NCBI GenBank assembly: GCA_963836235.1
Contig: CAWIIP010000001.1
Location: 448,001 to 512,000, forward strand
DNA length: 64,000 nucleotides
Direction: 5' to 3'
Origin: an uncultured Pseudomonadota bacterium
Lineage (GTDB): Bacteria; Oederibacteriota; Muellerivitia; Muellerivitales; Muellerivitaceae
Below the pieces are notes generated by a model. That model was not told the DNA's origin. It saw only the letters and a list, made by a program, of their open reading frames with translations, and searched no databases. The position numbers were made by a program, and so were the translations under genes. Positions 60,801-64,000 of this stretch are shown here, one piece after another. The number at the start of each line of letters is the position of its first letter. The first letter of the stretch is position 1.

Positions 60801-62506
60801 GCCGGGACCTTGGCGACGAACCGGGGGGTGGGCGTGGGTGTGGTGAAGTTTAAGCGGAAAATCACGTACCTCTGGGCGGAATCAAAAAAACCGGGCGTGC
60901 CGGCCTGCCAGGAGACAGCGATTTGATCATTTCCAACAGGCGCAGCGGCACCCACATTCGTGGGCGGTGTCGGGGCCAGATTCAATGCGGGGGGAACGGC
61001 GACTCCCACCAATCCTCCGTGTCCGGTCGAGTCCAGCGGTTGAACCCAATAGTTCATATGATTTTGGATAGGAGTGTCGATAACCGGAGTAATGGTGTAA
61101 CCGACCGTTGGGTTGAAGGTAACGACATAAAAGGGATTCGGAGTTGCCGTCGCACTGGCAATAGGCGTTGGATTATTCGCTGGCACCCCATACAGGCTCT
61201 TATAAACCTGATAGCCCCCCAACCCATAAGTTCCAGACGTCGCCGGTTGCCAGGTAACGGTAACGGCATTGGTGGTGGCATCAGGCGTGACGATGATGGA
61301 TGCCTCACTACATTCAGCCACAGTAATTGAAATCGGATTGGAATTAGTGGTTCCAAAGGCGTTAGTCGCCTGAACGGTGTAGACGACTGGCTGGCCGGTT
61401 CCCGGAATGGTATTGTCAAAATAAGAAACTGACCCTGAACCTGCGTATGGAATGGTTGTCAGGGTGATCGAACTGTTTTGCAAAACCTGGTAAGCCGTCA
61501 CGTTCTCCGTGGACAATGAACCCGTCCAGGAAAGGCTCACTCCGTAGGTGGTTGTTGAAAGAACCCCGGTAAGGGAGACTGGTCCCGGCGGCGACATATT
61601 TTGGGGCAAAGCGGGGTTGGAAGGAACGGATGGTTGGGCGCTTAAATTTCCCGGGTTATCGCTATCCGCGGCCATCACTACGTAATAATAAGCTTCCGGG
61701 CCCGGGGAACAGGTTGTGTCGGAGTAAGAGGTTCCCGTAACGCTTGCCGCGATTAGATTTATGGGAACAAAAATGGTAGCGACCGATATTGGAGCAATCG
61801 GCGAAAAAACAGCGGTTGCGGTTGAAGTCGGCGTAAATGGTGTGGGAGTGAACGTGGCCGTTGAGGTGTTCCAAGTGCCAATGGGGGTGGAAGTGGCTGT
61901 AGGCGTTATCGTAGGGCTATTTGTGGAAGTGGAAGTCGGAAGGAGTGTCGTCGCCATATAGGCGTACCGATAAACGGAGTAATAAGAAATGGGGTAGCTG
62001 GAGACCGGCACTCCCCAGAAAAGATCCAAGGCATTGGAATGAATGTTCAGGACGCTCACCGGCTGAACGGCCGCCGGAGCAAGGAAAGGAGCCGCCGTCA
62101 CCGCTGACGATATCCCTGGGCCGTTTAGGTCAATTCCCTGCACCTGGTAGAGGTAAACCCGGCCATTGGTCACCTGAAAATCCTGGAAAACAGGCGTTCC
62201 TGCCTCTGGCATCGCGGATAAAAGCACTGTCGCTATGGGGGTCGGGGTGGCATCGGGCGTAAAAGGCCCCGTGGGCGTCGGTGTCGGGGTACAGGTCAAA
62301 TTCAACAATTGCCGGGAAATCGCATAAGCCGTAACACCCGATCCAAGCGTGTCCGGGGTCCATTCCAGGTTTACTTGGCCGTTATAAGGGGAAAGTATGG
62401 TAACCCCACTGGGCGCCGGGGCCTGGGCCCATACCGGCAAAGGCGAAAAAGGCGATAAAAACAAAAAAAGCAACCCTGCCGATGACCAGAAATATGAAAA
62501 TTTCAT
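57869..62506 (-). CDS. Large secreted fibronectin-III-repeat protein with a C-terminal FlgD-Ig / T9SS-CTD-like domain
   Basis: Signal peptide (..VWA/QA); about 13 repeats of pattern L.W...Y.IYR...Y.D...Y.Y.V.A; C-terminus IKVYTLDG...WDAHNKNGNLVASGVYL...KVAVIK. Confidence 0.85.
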   Translation of the reverse strand: MKFSYFWSSAGLLFLFLSPFSPLPVWAQAPAPSGVTILSPYNGQVNLEWTPDTLGSGVTAYAISRQLLNLTCTPTPTPTGPFTPDATPTPIATVLLSAMPEAGTPVFQDFQVTNGRVYLYQVQGIDLNGPGISSAVTAAPFLAPAAVQPVSVLNIHSNALDLFWGVPVSSYPISYYSVYRYAYMATTLLPTSTSTNSPTITPTATSTPIGTWNTSTATFTPTPFTPTSTATAVFSPIAPISVATIFVPINLIAASVTGTSYSDTTCSPGPEAYYYVVMAADSDNPGNLSAQPSVPSNPALPQNMSPPGPVSLTGVLSTTTYGVSLSWTGSLSTENVTAYQVLQNSSITLTTIPYAGSGSVSYFDNTIPGTGQPVVYTVQATNAFGTTNSNPISITVAECSEASIIVTPDATTNAVTVTWQPATSGTYGLGGYQVYKSLYGVPANNPTPIASATATPNPFYVVTFNPTVGYTITPVIDTPIQNHMNYWVQPLDSTGHGGLVGVAVPPALNLAPTPPTNVGAAAPVGNDQIAVSWQAGTPGFFDSAQRYVIFRLNFTTPTPTPRFVAKVPATQLSYTDIAPELTPGTLLGYQVALADALGNTSDPASSNPVTTILLSNPPATPRVLPFTGSDTSILFSWAANPRADSVTNYLVYGSDWLTVSGNTPTPVLVAPATGTPTRVFTFAPTPTPWTANNYYLVAQNAVGNSQPATMNGIPVPAYNVTAVIPAGTQQVSVSWNLVPALTVTPVIDSYGIYRSLTPDANFTPVTTVPISTTGYMDVPPTATAGVSYYYRVTARSGQSAESPLYSVLTPDPQGSVLIWPNAPSGLTSISGANQTTLYWAGNASQENVLSYVIYQNGTPTMTVTPSPTLSVGFVETPGNLSVYQVVANNSAGPSTLSQAVSVLVPPAVTPSIGLTPPPYVTPVPSQTPAFYPAVWITGLTYSNAVGGYSINRLSVPTPSTTPTYVAIGSVNSPVSYYSDTGFAPGYVNSYQVVANNGLGLNSNPAVSAQWGVTLWPNPTNFSFAGNATSVTVSWATPTGNNVNVTGYDIYRSLYPTMTPNPTPLVSSTPPINNYFDSAVTTGTAYIYWMDAQNASGNSGLSAPQSFIPAPVPTLYLTPLAESNQLFWMPITVAATSPVTGYAIYRAGVTPSQTPNFAPIGSIVEPISNTNYVDTSNLTDGVSYIYEIAPSSQNNILGPFSNIVGQNTYPKPVSNLVAVSSDSLVQLRWNSEGVTNSTVIIQRKLGPASAASFQTIANRYQGANFIDTGVQDKNYYVYHVYTVDAQGMTSNAYASAIALPAAAPILPIVQTAESGGSTILVTGSPVTLTQNTSDTQTLIGNTLSWGGADQTFNPQTMYPLGGYSISRSMDGGGVYQNIGTIPATFVNGLPTASASYFDPVTLINGIPYTYLVQAFDNPPDLPVPLSEAVTEDLVHLSGYNPVTGYPISPNTALDRNAIRPFGASNEQLVKIRFVVTTPGNVTIKVYTLDGTFIEPLVNQVYYQPGIYWTSWDAHNKNGNLVASGVYLITTESPGGHQEFSKVAVIK

Positions 62507-62621
62507 AAAAGTTCCTGAGTACCTTTTAAAATGGGGCTTCTCTTAAGTGAATTCTTCTCTTTTCCAGGCAAAGAAGACCCGGACAAGTTCCAGGTCCCGT
62601 ACCTTTTACCCGGCGTCAAAC

Positions 62622-64000
62622 TCAGAACCGCGCTTCCGCGGAAACCTCACCCTGCCACAAGGTATAGCTCAACTGGGAATTCAGGTCGTTCGTGAAATAC
62701 TCGTTGGCCAGGCTGAGGCCGATACGCAAATTTTTGAGGGCGTTGTAATTGAGGTTGATTGTAGCACGGTACCTTTGGGATTGAACCTCGTTGTAAATGT
62801 AGGTCGATTGGTTATTGATGAATTCCATAAGGAAGACCGCTTGCAACTCGATGGCGTCCTGAAGCTTGATCTTTAAATGAGTGAAAGGGATATGGATCTC
62901 CCCGTTGGGAGCGAACTTCTGGTCATATTCGATGGAAGCTTGGTCGTCATACTGAAAGGTCGGAATATTCGTGGTGGACAATCCATTCTGGTAACCAATG
63001 GTGCGTTGGAGCTTGATGTTGCCCTGGGCTTTTTTATTGATGTCATAGGGCAGGGTGATCGTGTAGGTATCGCTTTCGGTGTCGTTGGAAATATTGGCCG
63101 AAGTCGGGTCCGGAACCGAGCTATCGTATTGGATGGTGCCCGTGTGGGTGTACTGAACTTGGGCGGAATCCAGGGAAAAATTCACCAAAGGAAGGGTCAA
63201 TATCTTTTTGTTATAAATGGTGGTCAGTCCCAGGGTGTCCCCATCCTGTTTGACGGGGTTTGTGCCCTGTGACAAAAGGCTTAACTGGTCGGTCCAAGAG
63301 CCCGTGGGCCGGAAATCCCAAACATCGAAAAGGCGGAAACTGGCGTTCAATTGGTGGGCTACGGACTGGTTGCCGGTTAAGGCGACGTCAAAAGCGGGGG
63401 TAGTCAGCCACCGCTCGTTGAAACTTAGAGGTCGGACTTGATCGATATCGGGAATGGCGGCTGTGCCGCTTTCGGTGAGCCCGCCGAAGATGGTTAGGTT
63501 CATTTTCTGGAACAAAGAGAACCAACTGCCGGGAGTCAAGTTGAGGGAATAATTCACGTTGTTGGCGTTGTTGAACCGGGTCCCATCCGGATAGGAAACA
63601 TAGTCGTATTGGTTGCTTCCCGTAAAATCCACCGCGGGAATGAGCCCCGGTATTCCCCGGTAAACCACCCCAATCTTAGGCTGATATCTTTGATTGAAGG
63701 GGGTATAGCCGGAAACACTACCGGGAACTCCGGGCGAATTGGTATTCCCCGTCGCGTCCACCAGGGTCAAAGTATAGCCGGGGGTAAAGACAAGGTTTTT
63801 CACCAATTCGGTGGTGTTCGTCCAAGAATAGTTTTGCGACCGGGTGGTCCGGTCATAGGAAGACAAGGTGATGTTGTCAAAATACTGGGTGTCGTGAGTC
63901 AAACTGTAACTTTCCGTGAATTGGTTCGCGCCCCATGGGATAAAGAAGAAATTTTTCGGCGCGTCATAAGTGGAAGCCAATGTTTCGATCACCTCACCCT
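62622..64000 (-). CDS. C-terminal part of a large outer-membrane beta-barrel, SprA-like (5' end outside the window)
   Basis: Frame stays open to the window edge; continuous amphipathic strands; IHIPF..KIKLQDAIEL segment; C-terminal GEVSAEARF beta-signal. Confidence 0.6.
   Translation of the reverse strand, partial: GEVIETLASTYDAPKNFFFIPWGANQFTESYSLTHDTQYFDNITLSSYDRTTRSQNYSWTNTTELVKNLVFTPGYTLTLVDATGNTNSPGVPGSVSGYTPFNQRYQPKIGVVYRGIPGLIPAVDFTGSNQYDYVSYPDGTRFNNANNVNYSLNLTPGSWFSLFQKMNLTIFGGLTESGTAAIPDIDQVRPLSFNERWLTTPAFDVALTGNQSVAHQLNASFRLFDVWDFRPTGSWTDQLSLLSQGTNPVKQDGDTLGLTTIYNKKILTLPLVNFSLDSAQVQYTHTGTIQYDSSVPDPTSANISNDTESDTYTITLPYDINKKAQGNIKLQRTIGYQNGLSTTNIPTFQYDDQASIEYDQKFAPNGEIHIPFTHLKIKLQDAIELQAVFLMEFINNQSTYIYNEVQSQRYRATINLNYNALKNLRIGLSLANEYFTNDLNSQLSYTLWQGEVSAEARF

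Overview
Bacterial chromosomal segment, probably from a diderm (lnt, outer-membrane beta-barrels), with almost every gene on the minus strand. Going by the Thr/Pro-rich surface proteins, SpoVS and sigma54 regulator, I infer a poorly characterised lineage (FCPU426/Firestonebacteria-like), but this is not verified. Positions 1-20.8 kb hold a long biosynthetic cluster (dgt; argD-F-G-H-lysA; dapA-dapB-FAH-dapL-folK-dNK-panB-panC-panD-nadA-nadX) that runs into a PilH/I/G-like ABC/TPR trio, a PfkB kinase and xseA. At 21-27.5 kb are seven tRNAs, an intact IS30-family element with a GTC target duplication, spoVS, a GH94 phosphorylase and rph-rdgB. At 27.6-34 kb is a translationally coupled operon: histidine kinase, sigma54 activator, periplasmic coiled coil and beta-barrel. 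At 34-52 kb are uvrBC, a Thr-rich lipoprotein with a perfect sigma54 promoter, a TPR protein, a multimodular clan-A glycoside hydrolase, two LacI regulators, a cyclophilin, tRNA-Glu, a divergent argC/lysY, a Rieske protein and lnt. At 52-64 kb are gap-nfeD-SPFH-pgk-tpiA-secG, comF, a 1545-aa Fn3-repeat protein with a T9SS/FlgD-like C-terminal domain, and the C-terminus of a SprA-like barrel. Best leads: (1) a possible T9SS-like secretion system outside Bacteroidota; (2) an envelope-spanning sigma54 signalling module with a candidate target; (3) a recurring promoter, then terminator-like hairpin, then gene leader architecture; (4) a CCA-less tRNA-Pro whose flanks extend its acceptor stem by 12 bp. 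All family calls come from motif recognition by eye; no database searches were run.
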